Shown: one piece after another, positions 31,848 through 41,015 of the stretch
How the letters are laid out: every line of letters starts with the position of its first letter
Numbering within the stretch: position 1 is the first letter of the stretch
NCBI GenBank assembly: GCA_964244695.1
Contig: CAXTJZ010000001.1
Location: 1-43,833, forward strand
DNA from: an uncultured Acetobacteraceae bacterium
GTDB lineage: Bacteria; Pseudomonadota; Alphaproteobacteria; Acetobacterales; Acetobacteraceae
Direction of reading: 5' to 3'
DNA: 43,833 nucleotides
Program-made: the position numbers and the translations under genes
The notes under the pieces: generated by a model
Told to the model about the DNA's origin: nothing
The model's database searches: none
The model's input: only the letters and a program-made list of their open reading frames with translations

Positions 31848-33187
31848 TGGATGCCGCGTTGGCCACGCTCACCGGCTGGGGCCGCGTCGCGCGCGCGGCC
31901 AGCGTCACCCAACGGCCTGATTCGGTGACCGACCTAGCCCAATTGTTCGTCGAACGGCCACGGGCGCACGGGTTGATCGCCCATGCCGCGGGCCGTGCCT
32001 ATGGCGATTGCGCGCTGAACGCCGAGGGCACCGCCTTGCTCACCGCGGGCCTTGCCGGCGTGCTGTCGTTCGATCCAGGGAGCGGCCTGATCGCGGTGGA
32101 ACCCGGCGTCACCTTCCGCCAGCTCATGGCCGCCTACCTGCCGCAGGGCTGGCTGGTGCCTGTCTCGCCTGGCACCGGGTTCGCCACCATCGGCGGCGCG
32201 GTTGCCAACGACGTGCACGGCAAGAACCACGAGGTGGCCGGCAGCTTTGGGCAGCATGTGACCGAGCTGGACCTGCTCACGCCTGACGGCACCACCCGCA
32301 CCATCGGCCCGCACGCCGAGCCCGCGCTGTTCCAGGCGACCTGCGGCGGCCTGGGCCTGACGGGCGTGATCACCCGGATCGCCTTTCGCCTGAAGCGCGT
32401 GCCCGGTCCCGGCGTGGCCGTGCACAGCCGGCGCGTGGCTGATCTGGACGCGTTCCTCGCCGCCATGGACGAGGCACGCGCGGCCACCTACGCGGTCGGC
32501 TGGATAGACGGCTGCGCGCGCGGCGCCGCGCTGGGCCGGGGCATATTGGAGATCGCGGAAGCCTCCGGCGGCGCCTGCTCCGGCGCCACGCTGCGCACCG
32601 GCTTGCGCGTGCCGTTCGACTTTCCGGCGGTGGCACTGAACCCCACCAGCATCGCCGCCTTCAACGCGCTGTATTACCGCCGCGCCCCGGTTGCCGGGCG
32701 CCTGGCCACCGTGCCCTACGGGACGTTCTTCTATCCTCTTGATGCGCTGCGCGACTGGAACCGCATCTACGGAAGCCGCGGCTTCCACCAGTTTCAGAAC
32801 GTGGTGCCCTTCGCGTCCGGCCCGCAGGCTTTGCGGGAGTTGCTCGAACTCATTGCCGCCTCGCGCCGCGCTTCCTTCCTCGCCGTTCTCAAGCGACTGG
32901 GCCCCGCCGCGCCTGACGCAGGTCCGCTCTCCTTTCCGCGGGCCGGCTACACGCTGGCGCTGGATTTTCCGGCGGGGCCGGGCATTGAGGCACTCTACGC
33001 GCAGCTCGTCGCCATCACCTTGCGGCACGGCGGCCGCGTGTATCTGGCGAAGGATGCGCTTCTGACGCCCGAAGCGTTCCGGGAGATGTACCCCCGCTGG
33101 ACGGAGTTCCGGCAGCTGCTGGAGGCGTTGGATCCGAAGCGGAAGTTGCAGTCGGACATGTCCCGGCGGTTGGGTCTGCGCGCATGA
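31847..33187 (+). CDS. FAD-binding oxidoreductase, DprE1-like (polyprenylphosphoryl-ribose 2'-oxidase family)
   Basis: GRAYGD, PV.PGT.F.TIGGAVANDVHGKNH, FLAVLK, SFP..GYTLALDF, GGRVYLAKD, SD.SRRLGL. Confidence 0.88.
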   Translation: MDAALATLTGWGRVARAASVTQRPDSVTDLAQLFVERPRAHGLIAHAAGRAYGDCALNAEGTALLTAGLAGVLSFDPGSGLIAVEPGVTFRQLMAAYLPQGWLVPVSPGTGFATIGGAVANDVHGKNHEVAGSFGQHVTELDLLTPDGTTRTIGPHAEPALFQATCGGLGLTGVITRIAFRLKRVPGPGVAVHSRRVADLDAFLAAMDEARAATYAVGWIDGCARGAALGRGILEIAEASGGACSGATLRTGLRVPFDFPAVALNPTSIAAFNALYYRRAPVAGRLATVPYGTFFYPLDALRDWNRIYGSRGFHQFQNVVPFASGPQALRELLELIAASRRASFLAVLKRLGPAAPDAGPLSFPRAGYTLALDFPAGPGIEALYAQLVAITLRHGGRVYLAKDALLTPEAFREMYPRWTEFRQLLEALDPKRKLQSDMSRRLGLRA

Positions 33188-33207
33188 GGGTGTGGGCTGA
33201 GCGCCAC

Positions 33208-33387
33208 GCAGGAAGCAAGAAAGCAGTTGTGTTTTGAAAAAAAGAACCAAAAAACTTTTGTCCCGCTCCTGTGCGCTTTGATGAAACGCACGCCTCAGCG
33301 TTCCGCGACAGCGCCAGCAACGAAAGGCGCAATGGCAAGAAACGAAAATCTCCTGGCCGGTCAAAAAAGGACGGCTTCCTTGCCTAG
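33208..33387. repeat. palindromic element overlapping the GT87 5' end
   Basis: GCAGTTGTGTTTTGAAAAAAAGAACCAAAAAACTTTT...TCAAAAAAGGACGGCTTCCTTGCCTAG. Confidence 0.82.
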
Positions 33388-34540
33388 CGTCCGCAAAGCC
33401 GCGCTGCTCTGCGCCTGCCTGGCTCCCCTGGGCTGGGCAACGTTCTGGGCTGTTTTCCACCTGTTCCCGGGCCAGGACTGGGTGGTGTTCCACACCGCCG
33501 CCGCGCGCTTCTTCGCCGGCGACCTGGCGATGCTGTCGGACCCGCGCGCCTTTACCGACGAGATGAACCGCAGCCATGCGGACGTCTTCACCCACCCGGT
33601 CACCGTGTTGCACCCGTTCATCTACCCGCCGGTGACGCTGCTGCTGGCGGCCGCCTTCGGCTGGCTGCCCTACATAGCCTCGCTGGTTGCGTTTCTGGCC
33701 GTCACCGCCGCTTTACTCGCCGCCGCCCTGTGGCGGTGGGAGGCTGATGGCAAACGGCGCGCCTGGCTGATCGCCGGCGTGTTCGCCTGTCCAGCCACGG
33801 CCTACACCATCGGCTCCGGCCAGTTGAGCTTTCTGATTGCCGCCTGTGTGCTGGGCGGCATGGCGTGGCTGGACACGCGTCCGTTCCTGGCCGGCCTGGT
33901 GTTCAGCCTGCTGTGCCTCAAGCCGCAATTCGTGCCGCTGATCCCGGTGGCGCTGCTGGCCGGCCGGCACTGGCGCGCCATTGCCGGTGGCTTCGTTGGC
34001 GGCATCGGCCTCGTGCTGGCCAGCACCGTCATGACAGGCGCGGGCGCCTGGGTCGCCTGGGTCCGCCTCGCCACCGGACAGAACAAGCTGCTCGGCAGCA
34101 TGATCGACGTGGTGCGCGTGTACGACCAGAGCGTGCACACCTGCCTCCGCCTGTTAGGCCTGGGCGAAGGGGCGGCCGGCGCCGGCCAGCTTGCCGCCAG
34201 CGCGCTGGCGGCCGTCTGCATCTGGATCGTGTTCGCCCGACGGCCCGCGGTGCCGGTGCGCCGGCGTCTTATCGTGCTGCTATGCGCGCTGGTGTTCGGC
34301 GCCCCGCATGTGGGCGACTACGACCACATGCTGCTGGCCGTAGCTGCCGTGCTGACCATGCTGGAGGGCCGCCACGTCTGGCTTGCCGCCTTCGTGTGGC
34401 TGGCGCCGATGTTCAACCCGCCGGCGTTGATCGCGGCGCTCGGCGTGCCGGTGCTGACCTGGGTGTCGGCGCTTACGCCGCTGTTGCCCATGGCTCTGAT
34501 GGTTTTAAGCACTGGAAGGAAGCAAGCGGTTCTTTCTTGA
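33332..34540 (+). CDS. glycosyltransferase family 87 (GT-C, DUF2029-like)
   Basis: GQDW.VF..A, PFIYPP, GQ.S, LKPQ, polytopic. Candidate starts (33281, 33332) and the stop lie inside repeat copies. Confidence 0.8.
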   Translation: MARNENLLAGQKRTASLPSVRKAALLCACLAPLGWATFWAVFHLFPGQDWVVFHTAAARFFAGDLAMLSDPRAFTDEMNRSHADVFTHPVTVLHPFIYPPVTLLLAAAFGWLPYIASLVAFLAVTAALLAAALWRWEADGKRRAWLIAGVFACPATAYTIGSGQLSFLIAACVLGGMAWLDTRPFLAGLVFSLLCLKPQFVPLIPVALLAGRHWRAIAGGFVGGIGLVLASTVMTGAGAWVAWVRLATGQNKLLGSMIDVVRVYDQSVHTCLRLLGLGEGAAGAGQLAASALAAVCIWIVFARRPAVPVRRRLIVLLCALVFGAPHVGDYDHMLLAVAAVLTMLEGRHVWLAAFVWLAPMFNPPALIAALGVPVLTWVSALTPLLPMALMVLSTGRKQAVLS

Positions 34541-34689
34541 AAAACGAACCAAACTTCTGCTTCCCCCGCCTGCACCGATGCGCACATCGTGTCTGGAAGC
34601 GCGAATGCTTGCAGAACCAGCACGCGCCGCCTCGCCGGCAAGGGAGCAAAAGTTTCCGCTGTTTTTCAAAAAGAAGGCCTTGCTCCCTA
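34514..34689. repeat. palindromic element overlapping the GT87 3' end
   Basis: AAGCAAGCGGTTCTTTCTTGAAAAACGAACCAAACTT...TTTTTCAAAAAGAAGGCCTTGCT. Confidence 0.85.
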
Positions 34690-34771
34690 TCACGCCCAGT
34701 TGACCACTAATCCCAGAGCACAATTCGCGATCCAGGCTATGTAGCCGAAGCCACGGACCAACCGGAGACAG

Positions 34772-35431
34772 ATGCGTCAGCTTTTTGCCCCAGGAGCCGA
34801 CGCCATACTTCGCCTGGCATTGCTGGTCGTCTCGGTGGGCGCGCTGGTCTTTCTTGTCGTAGTCGGTGCCGTGGCCAATTCGGATTACGTGTATGGCGTG
34901 GGCATAGCGCCGAAACAGCCGGTGCCATTCAGCCACAAGCACCACAGTGGCGAACTGGGCATCGCCTGCGTGTATTGCCACACGAGCGTCACCTACCTGG
35001 CCAACGCCGGAATGCCGGCGACCTACACGTGCATGACATGCCACTCGCAGATTTGGACCGGTTCGCCGATGCTGGCCCCGGTGCGCGACAGCCTGGCCAA
35101 CAACGAGCCGCTGCAATGGAACCGGGTGAACCACATTCCGGAATACGTCTATTTCAACCACTCGCTTCATGTGACGAAAGGCATCGGCTGCAGTTCCTGC
35201 CACGGTGCGGTGACGTCTCAGCAGATGACGATGCGCGTGAAATCGTTCCAGATGCAGTTCTGCATCACGTGCCACCGCAACCCGGCGGCAAACGTGCGCA
35301 CGCCTGCCGAGGTGTGGAACATGGATTGGACGCCGCCTGCGGACCAGGCGACGCAGGGGCCCAAGCTCGTTGCCCAGTATCACATACGAAACGCCGCCCA
35401 GCTTACGGATTGCTCGATATGCCACCGGTGA
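34772..35431 (+). CDS. actA: alternative complex III pentaheme cytochrome c subunit
   Basis: N-terminal TM, QPVPFSH.HH, five CXXCH motifs (CVYCH, CMTCH, CSSCH, CITCH, CSICH). Confidence 0.92.
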   Translation: MRQLFAPGADAILRLALLVVSVGALVFLVVVGAVANSDYVYGVGIAPKQPVPFSHKHHSGELGIACVYCHTSVTYLANAGMPATYTCMTCHSQIWTGSPMLAPVRDSLANNEPLQWNRVNHIPEYVYFNHSLHVTKGIGCSSCHGAVTSQQMTMRVKSFQMQFCITCHRNPAANVRTPAEVWNMDWTPPADQATQGPKLVAQYHIRNAAQLTDCSICHR

Positions 35432-38295
35432 AGCTCAGTTCCGGCGACGATGGCCTGTGGCGTGCGTCGGCGGGCGAGCACGGTATTGCCGCCGCGATAC
35501 GTGAGCGTTTTCCGGCGGCGGCCGACCTGCTCCACACGCCGGACCGGCGGCAGTTCATGCGGCTGATGGCCGCCTCGCTTGCACTCTCGGGCCTGGCCGG
35601 CTGCGATGACGACGACACACATGACGTGATCGTGCCGCCGGTGGCTCAGGTGCACGGCGAGGCGCCGGCGACCGTGCTGACCTACGCCTCCGCCACGCTG
35701 CTGGACGGTTTCGCCAACGGCGTCACGGTGAAGACGCGCGACGGACGGCCGATAAAGATCGAGGGCAACCCGGCCCATCCCTGGAGCCGCGGCGGCACGG
35801 ACATCTTCGGCCAGGCGAGCGTGCTTGGCCTGTACGATCCGTTCCGCTCGCAGACGGTGCAGTTCCAGACGCGCGACAGCGACTGGCCGGCCTTCCGCGC
35901 CGCCATGCTCGGCCCGCAGGGGCAATGGCGCGCGGGGCGGGGCGCCGGCCTGGCCGTGCTTGTCGGCCCGAGCACATCGCCTTCCGTCCACGCCCAGATC
36001 ATGGCGTTGCAGGAAGCCTGGCCGCAGATGCGCGTGTTCTCGCATGGCGCGGTACCGCGCGAAGCCCTTTATGAGGGCACGCGCCAGGCATTCGGGAGGC
36101 CGTTGGAGACGCACTGGCGGCTTGCGGATGCCCGCGCCATCGTCTGCCTGGATGGTGACCTGCTCGATCCTGGCGCGCATCAGGTGGGCGCGGCCAAGGG
36201 TTGGAGCGATGCGCGCCGCAGCATGGCCGCCGGCGGCAGCCTGCTGGCGATGCACGCGGCCTTTGCCGTGCCCAACCTCACCTCCGCCAAGGCGGAACAC
36301 GGCATCTCCGCCCAGCCGGCGCTGATCGAGGCGATGGCGCGCTCGCTGCTGTCGCGCGCCACCGCCGGCGGCCAGTCGGACCTGCCTGACCAGGCGGCCG
36401 CCTGGTGCAATGCGGCCTGGCGCGCGCTGGATGGCGCACGCGGCGCCGGCGTGGTGCAGACCGGTATCCACGCCAGCCCTGGCGTGCAGGAGGCGGTGCA
36501 GCGCCTGAACGCCGCACTCGGCAACACCGGCCGCACGGTGCTGCACACCGCGCCGCTGCAGTTCCAGAGCGAGAACTTGACCGCGCTGGTGGACGCCATG
36601 CACCAGGGCGCGGTCTCAGCGCTGGTGATGATCGGCACCAACCCGTCCTACGACACGCCTTCCAGCCTTGGCTTCACCGACGCGCTGGCGCACGTGAAGC
36701 TAAAGATCCACGCCAGCCTCTACGATGACGAGACCTCGGTGAACGCGGACTGGCACCTGCCGATGACGCACCCGTTGGAAGAATGGGGCGATGCCCGGGC
36801 GCTCGACGGCACCGCAAGCCTGATCCAGCCGACCATCGCGCCGCTCTACGGCGGCCGCAGCGCCGGCGAGATACTCGCCATACTGAGCGAACCGGAGCCG
36901 CGCGGCGGGCTCACGCTGCTGCAGGCGCATTGGAACGCTTCCGGTGCCGCCGATCGCTGGCACAACGCGCTGCTGACTGGCGTGCTGGAGGGGGGCACCG
37001 CGCCGCTGGTGCCCGTGCAGCAGACCGGCGGCATGACACCCGCCACGAGCGCGCCGGAGCCCGGCATGCAGATCGTCTTTCGCCCCGATCCCACCATCTG
37101 GGACGGCACGGTGGCCGACAATGCCTGGCTGCAGGAACTGCCCAAGCCGCTGAGCAAGGTGACCTGGGAGAACGCCGTCCAGGTCGGCCCCGATCTGGCC
37201 GCCCGTCTCAAGCTGGCCCAGTTCGACGTGGTGACGGTTGCCGCGGGCGGACGCAGCGTCACCGGCTCCGTCTGGATCGCGCCCAACCAGGCCGACCACG
37301 TGCTGGCTGTGACGCTGGGCTACGGCAAGCGCACCGTGGGCCAGCTTTCGGCCGGGCTTGGCTTCGACGCCTACGCCATACGTGCCCAGCAGACGCCCTG
37401 GCTGGTGGACGGTGCCACCCTGCACCGCACCGGCAAGACGCACGTGCTGGCCAGCACCGATGACCACGCCCGGATGAACGGCGAAGGCTTCGTGCGCGTG
37501 CAGCATACCGGCGCGCCGCCGGTGGGTGACGGCGACGCCGAGCTTCCCACCCTGTATCCGCCACAGAAATCCGACGGCCGCGCCTGGGGCATGGTGATCG
37601 ACCTTGACACCTGCATCGGCTGCAACGCCTGCGTCACCGCCTGCCAGTCGGAGAACAACATCGCCGTGGTCGGCCGCGACGAGGTGCTGAACGGCCGCGA
37701 GATGCACTGGCTGCGCGTGGACGCCTATCCGGCCAAGGCGGGCTCCATAGGCACGGCGCCCACATCCACCGCCTTCATGCCCGTGCCCTGCATGCATTGC
37801 GAACAGGCGCCCTGCGAAGTCGGCTGTCCCGTGGAAGCCACGCTGCACGACCATGAGGGCCTCAACCTGATGGTTTATAACCGCTGCGTCGGCACGCGCG
37901 CTTGCTCCGGCTATTGCCCCTACAAGGTACGCAAGTTCAATTACGCGGACTACTCCGCCGGCGCCTCGCCCACCATGATCGAGCAACGTAATCCGGACGT
38001 GACGGTGCGTGCGCGCGGCGTGATGGAGAAATGTACCTACTGCGTCCAGCGCATCGCCGAGGCGCGCGCCAACGCGGACCGCGACTATACGCCGATCTCT
38101 GACGGCACAGTGCGTACGGCTTGCCAAGGGGCGTGCCCGACGGACGCGATCACGTTCGGCGACCTGGCCCAGCCGGACAGCGCGGTGACCGCGGCGCGGC
38201 GTGACCCGCGGCGGTACGCGCTGCTGGGCGAGCTGAATACGCGGCCTCGTACGACTTATCTGGCTGTGCGGGCGCCGGCGCTTGAGGAGGGGTAG
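35419..38295 (+). CDS. actB: alternative complex III subunit B (molybdopterin-oxidoreductase-like domain plus Fe-S domain)
   Basis: Tat signal DRRQFMR..LAGC, GRPIKIEGNP.HP, WLQELP.P, CIGCNACVTAC, CMHC..APC..GCP, CVGTR.C..YCP, KCTYC. Confidence 0.92.
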   Translation: MPPVKLSSGDDGLWRASAGEHGIAAAIRERFPAAADLLHTPDRRQFMRLMAASLALSGLAGCDDDDTHDVIVPPVAQVHGEAPATVLTYASATLLDGFANGVTVKTRDGRPIKIEGNPAHPWSRGGTDIFGQASVLGLYDPFRSQTVQFQTRDSDWPAFRAAMLGPQGQWRAGRGAGLAVLVGPSTSPSVHAQIMALQEAWPQMRVFSHGAVPREALYEGTRQAFGRPLETHWRLADARAIVCLDGDLLDPGAHQVGAAKGWSDARRSMAAGGSLLAMHAAFAVPNLTSAKAEHGISAQPALIEAMARSLLSRATAGGQSDLPDQAAAWCNAAWRALDGARGAGVVQTGIHASPGVQEAVQRLNAALGNTGRTVLHTAPLQFQSENLTALVDAMHQGAVSALVMIGTNPSYDTPSSLGFTDALAHVKLKIHASLYDDETSVNADWHLPMTHPLEEWGDARALDGTASLIQPTIAPLYGGRSAGEILAILSEPEPRGGLTLLQAHWNASGAADRWHNALLTGVLEGGTAPLVPVQQTGGMTPATSAPEPGMQIVFRPDPTIWDGTVADNAWLQELPKPLSKVTWENAVQVGPDLAARLKLAQFDVVTVAAGGRSVTGSVWIAPNQADHVLAVTLGYGKRTVGQLSAGLGFDAYAIRAQQTPWLVDGATLHRTGKTHVLASTDDHARMNGEGFVRVQHTGAPPVGDGDAELPTLYPPQKSDGRAWGMVIDLDTCIGCNACVTACQSENNIAVVGRDEVLNGREMHWLRVDAYPAKAGSIGTAPTSTAFMPVPCMHCEQAPCEVGCPVEATLHDHEGLNLMVYNRCVGTRACSGYCPYKVRKFNYADYSAGASPTMIEQRNPDVTVRARGVMEKCTYCVQRIAEARANADRDYTPISDGTVRTACQGACPTDAITFGDLAQPDSAVTAARRDPRRYALLGELNTRPRTTYLAVRAPALEEG

Positions 38296-38310
38296 CGTGC
38301 TTATCGTTGC

Positions 38311-38365
38311 TAGAACGGAAGGAAGAAAGGCATTCTTTTTTGAAAAAGGACTGCTTGCTTTTTTC
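38311..38365. repeat. collapsed minimal palindromic element between actB and actC
   Basis: GAAGGAAGAAAGGCATTCTTTTTTGAAAAAGGACTGCTTGCTT. Confidence 0.8.
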
Positions 38366-38382
38366 GTGACGGCTGGAACTCC

Positions 38383-40323
38383 ATGTCGGTAACCACCTCC
38401 GACGCGCCGCTGATCGCAGCGGGCCAGACATACGACAGCGTGGGCGACACGCTGACCGGCATCGTGCTGCGCCGCCATGGTTGGAAACGCTGGTGGATTG
38501 CCATGGCCGGCGCGGTGGCGTTGCTCGGCCTGCTCGTCGTCTCGCTTGGCTTCCTGTTCCTGTATGGCACCGCCATCTGGGGCAACAACATCCCCGTCAC
38601 CTGGGCGCTGGACATCGTCAGCTACGATTGGTGGATAGGAATCGCGTGCGGCGGCGTGCTCGTGAGCGGCGTGTTCCTGCTGCTTGGCGCGGAGTGGCGC
38701 GGCGCGCTGAACCGCATCAGCGAGGCTATGGCGCTGACCGCCGCGGCCGCCGCTGCGGTGTACCCGATCATCCATCTCGGCCGGCCGTGGTTCTTCTACT
38801 GGAACCTGCCCTACCCAAACAGTTTCCTGCTGTGGCCGCAGTTCCGCAGCCCGCTTTACTGGGATGCGATCGACATCCTCAGCTTCCTCGGCCTGGCTGC
38901 CGGGCTCTTCTATGTCGGTCTGCTGCCGGACATCGCCAGCCTGCGGGACCGATGCCTGGAACGCGCCAGGGCGGAAGGCCATGACAGCTCGCTGACCGCT
39001 CAGCTCTACGGCATCGCCGCCCTCGGCTGGCGCGGTTCCGTCATACACTGGCACCGTTGGAGCCATGCCTATCGCGGCCTGGCTGTACTCGGCGTGCTTG
39101 TGGTGGTGGCGCTGCAGACCGGGGCGGCCGTGATGTTCGCCGGCCCAGTAGAGCCCGGCTGGCACGACCCGCTGCTGCCTATCACCTATCTCGCCGGCCC
39201 CGTGTTTGCGGGCGCCGGCAGGCACCCGGTGCTGACCGTCATCATACGCCACGTCTTCCACCTGGAGGCGCTGATCACCGGCCGGCACATCAGCGCGCTG
39301 GCCTGGCTGCTGCTCGTGCTGTGCGCCGCCAACATCTACTGCGAGGCGACGACGGACCTCACCACGCTGCTTGGCGGCGAGGCGGTCGAGATCGCGGCAC
39401 TCGGCAGGCGGGCAGGCGGGCCTGTCGCGTGGAGCTTCTGGATGCTGGTGACGGCCGGTTTTGCGCCGCCGCTGCTGTTTCTGATCCCCAGTTTCCGCCG
39501 CCGCCCCGGCATACTGGCCTGGGTGGGCGGAGCTGCTGCCGCCGGGATATGGGGAGACCACTACACGCTGATCGTCGCCACGCTGCAGCACGACTACCTG
39601 CCGTCCGCCGCGCAGGAGACGCACATCACCTTTTTCGAGTGGTCCACCTTCGCTGGTTCCGCCGGGCTGTTCCTCTTCCTTCTGCTGCTGTTCATGCGCC
39701 TGCTGCCGGTCGTCTCCATGCTCGGCGAACGTGGTTTGGTGGCGCGCACGGGCGCGGGCCCTGACGGCGCACCACCGTGGCCGGCGCATGATGCCCCGCT
39801 CTGGGGCGTGGCCGCCGAGTTCGCTACCGCCGACAGCATGGCTGCTGCCGCTCATGTCTTGCATCACGGCTCCCGCTACCGCATCGACGCGTATTCCCCG
39901 ATGCCTAACCCTGCTGTGGCTGCCGAGCTTGGCATGAACCGCAGCCACGCGAGCTGGGCCTGGGCGGCAGGCGTGGCGGGCGGGGCGGCAATGTTCGGCA
40001 TGTGCATGTATGCCAGCGGCTACGACTACGTATTCGACATTGGCGGACGGCCGCGTTTCAGTTGGCCCGCGTTCCTGGTTCCGACAGCGAGCTTCGCGTG
40101 CCTGACGGCAGGCATGGCGGTGGTGGCGGCCATGCTGATACAGAACCGTTTCCCGCGTCTGAACCACCCGGCGTTCAATATTCCCGGAATTTCCCGCGCC
40201 ACTCAGGACAGGTTTTTCGTTGTGGCGCACGCGCATACTGGTGAGTTCGATCCGGGGCCGGCGGAGCGGCTGTTTGCAGGGCTGGACGCGAAGGCTCTGA
40301 CAGTGACGCGGGTGCCGAGATGA
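38383..40323 (+). CDS. actC: alternative complex III ActC (NrfD family) fused to ActD (DUF3341-like)
   Basis: HLGRPW, FRSPL.WD, PGWH, then in-frame LWGVAAEF, DAYSPMP, IGGRP.FSWPAF, P.LNHP.F, DRFF. Confidence 0.85.
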   Translation: MSVTTSDAPLIAAGQTYDSVGDTLTGIVLRRHGWKRWWIAMAGAVALLGLLVVSLGFLFLYGTAIWGNNIPVTWALDIVSYDWWIGIACGGVLVSGVFLLLGAEWRGALNRISEAMALTAAAAAAVYPIIHLGRPWFFYWNLPYPNSFLLWPQFRSPLYWDAIDILSFLGLAAGLFYVGLLPDIASLRDRCLERARAEGHDSSLTAQLYGIAALGWRGSVIHWHRWSHAYRGLAVLGVLVVVALQTGAAVMFAGPVEPGWHDPLLPITYLAGPVFAGAGRHPVLTVIIRHVFHLEALITGRHISALAWLLLVLCAANIYCEATTDLTTLLGGEAVEIAALGRRAGGPVAWSFWMLVTAGFAPPLLFLIPSFRRRPGILAWVGGAAAAGIWGDHYTLIVATLQHDYLPSAAQETHITFFEWSTFAGSAGLFLFLLLLFMRLLPVVSMLGERGLVARTGAGPDGAPPWPAHDAPLWGVAAEFATADSMAAAAHVLHHGSRYRIDAYSPMPNPAVAAELGMNRSHASWAWAAGVAGGAAMFGMCMYASGYDYVFDIGGRPRFSWPAFLVPTASFACLTAGMAVVAAMLIQNRFPRLNHPAFNIPGISRATQDRFFVVAHAHTGEFDPGPAERLFAGLDAKALTVTRVPR

Positions 40324-41015
40324 AGGAAGGCAAGGCAAGCAGTTTTTTTTTGAAAAAAAGAACCAAAAAACTTTTGTCTCTGACGCTGCTGATGCAGCCG
40401 TTGCAGGTGACGGAACACCGCATTGGTTCGCGCAGCCGCCAGGAACAAAAATTTTTTGGTTCTTTTTTTCAAAAAAGAACTGCTTGCCTGCTTACCTTAC
40501 TGATTGTGTCACTTGCAGTCTCAGCCTGTAAGAAAGAGGACATGTACACCCAGAGCGTATTGAGACAGTGGGACCGAGACCCGGCATCGCCCAACGGCGC
40601 CGCCCTGCGCCCGCCAGTCCCCGGCACGCTGGCGCAGGAGCAGCCGGACTCGCCGGTACCGCAGCCGCGCGTGATTACCACGGCGCTGCTGACGCGTGGG
40701 CAATCCGAGTTCAACATTTTCTGCAGCCCGTGCCATGCCGCATCCGGAGACGGAGAGGGCATGATCGTGCAGCGCGGCTTTCCGCAACCGCCTGCGTTCA
40801 CCTCACCGCGTTTGCTGAAAGCGCGTGCACAGGTGGTGTATGACGCGATCACCAACGGGCACGGTGCGATGTACAGCTACGCGGCCCGTGTGCCGCCGGC
40901 GGACCGTTGGGCGATCGCGTCGTACATCCGGGCGCTGCAGCTGAGCCAGGCGGCGCCGATCGCGCAGCTTCCGCCGGAGGACAGGCAGCGTCTGGCCCAG
41001 GGTGGCGCGCCGTGA
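40320..41015 (+). CDS. actE: alternative complex III monoheme cytochrome c lipoprotein; N-terminus contains the palindromic repeat
   Basis: Lipobox VSAC, DM..Q, RGQ.EF.IFCSPCH, G.GMIVQRGF, DRWAI..YIRALQ. Confidence 0.88.
   Translation: MKEGKASSFFLKKRTKKLLSLTLLMQPLQVTEHRIGSRSRQEQKFFGSFFQKRTACLLTLLIVSLAVSACKKEDMYTQSVLRQWDRDPASPNGAALRPPVPGTLAQEQPDSPVPQPRVITTALLTRGQSEFNIFCSPCHAASGDGEGMIVQRGFPQPPAFTSPRLLKARAQVVYDAITNGHGAMYSYAARVPPADRWAIASYIRALQLSQAAPIAQLPPEDRQRLAQGGAP
40321..40500. repeat. palindromic element, full copy, in frame in the actE N-terminus
   Basis: Two GCAG-type arms, ending GCTTACCTTAC. Confidence 0.92.

Noticed and set aside
36700-40338. Very long antisense ORFs (1212 aa here; also 7880-9724, 4495-6012, 31934-33613)
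   Set aside because: They mirror well-supported genes, have no motifs, and are expected from high-GC codon bias.
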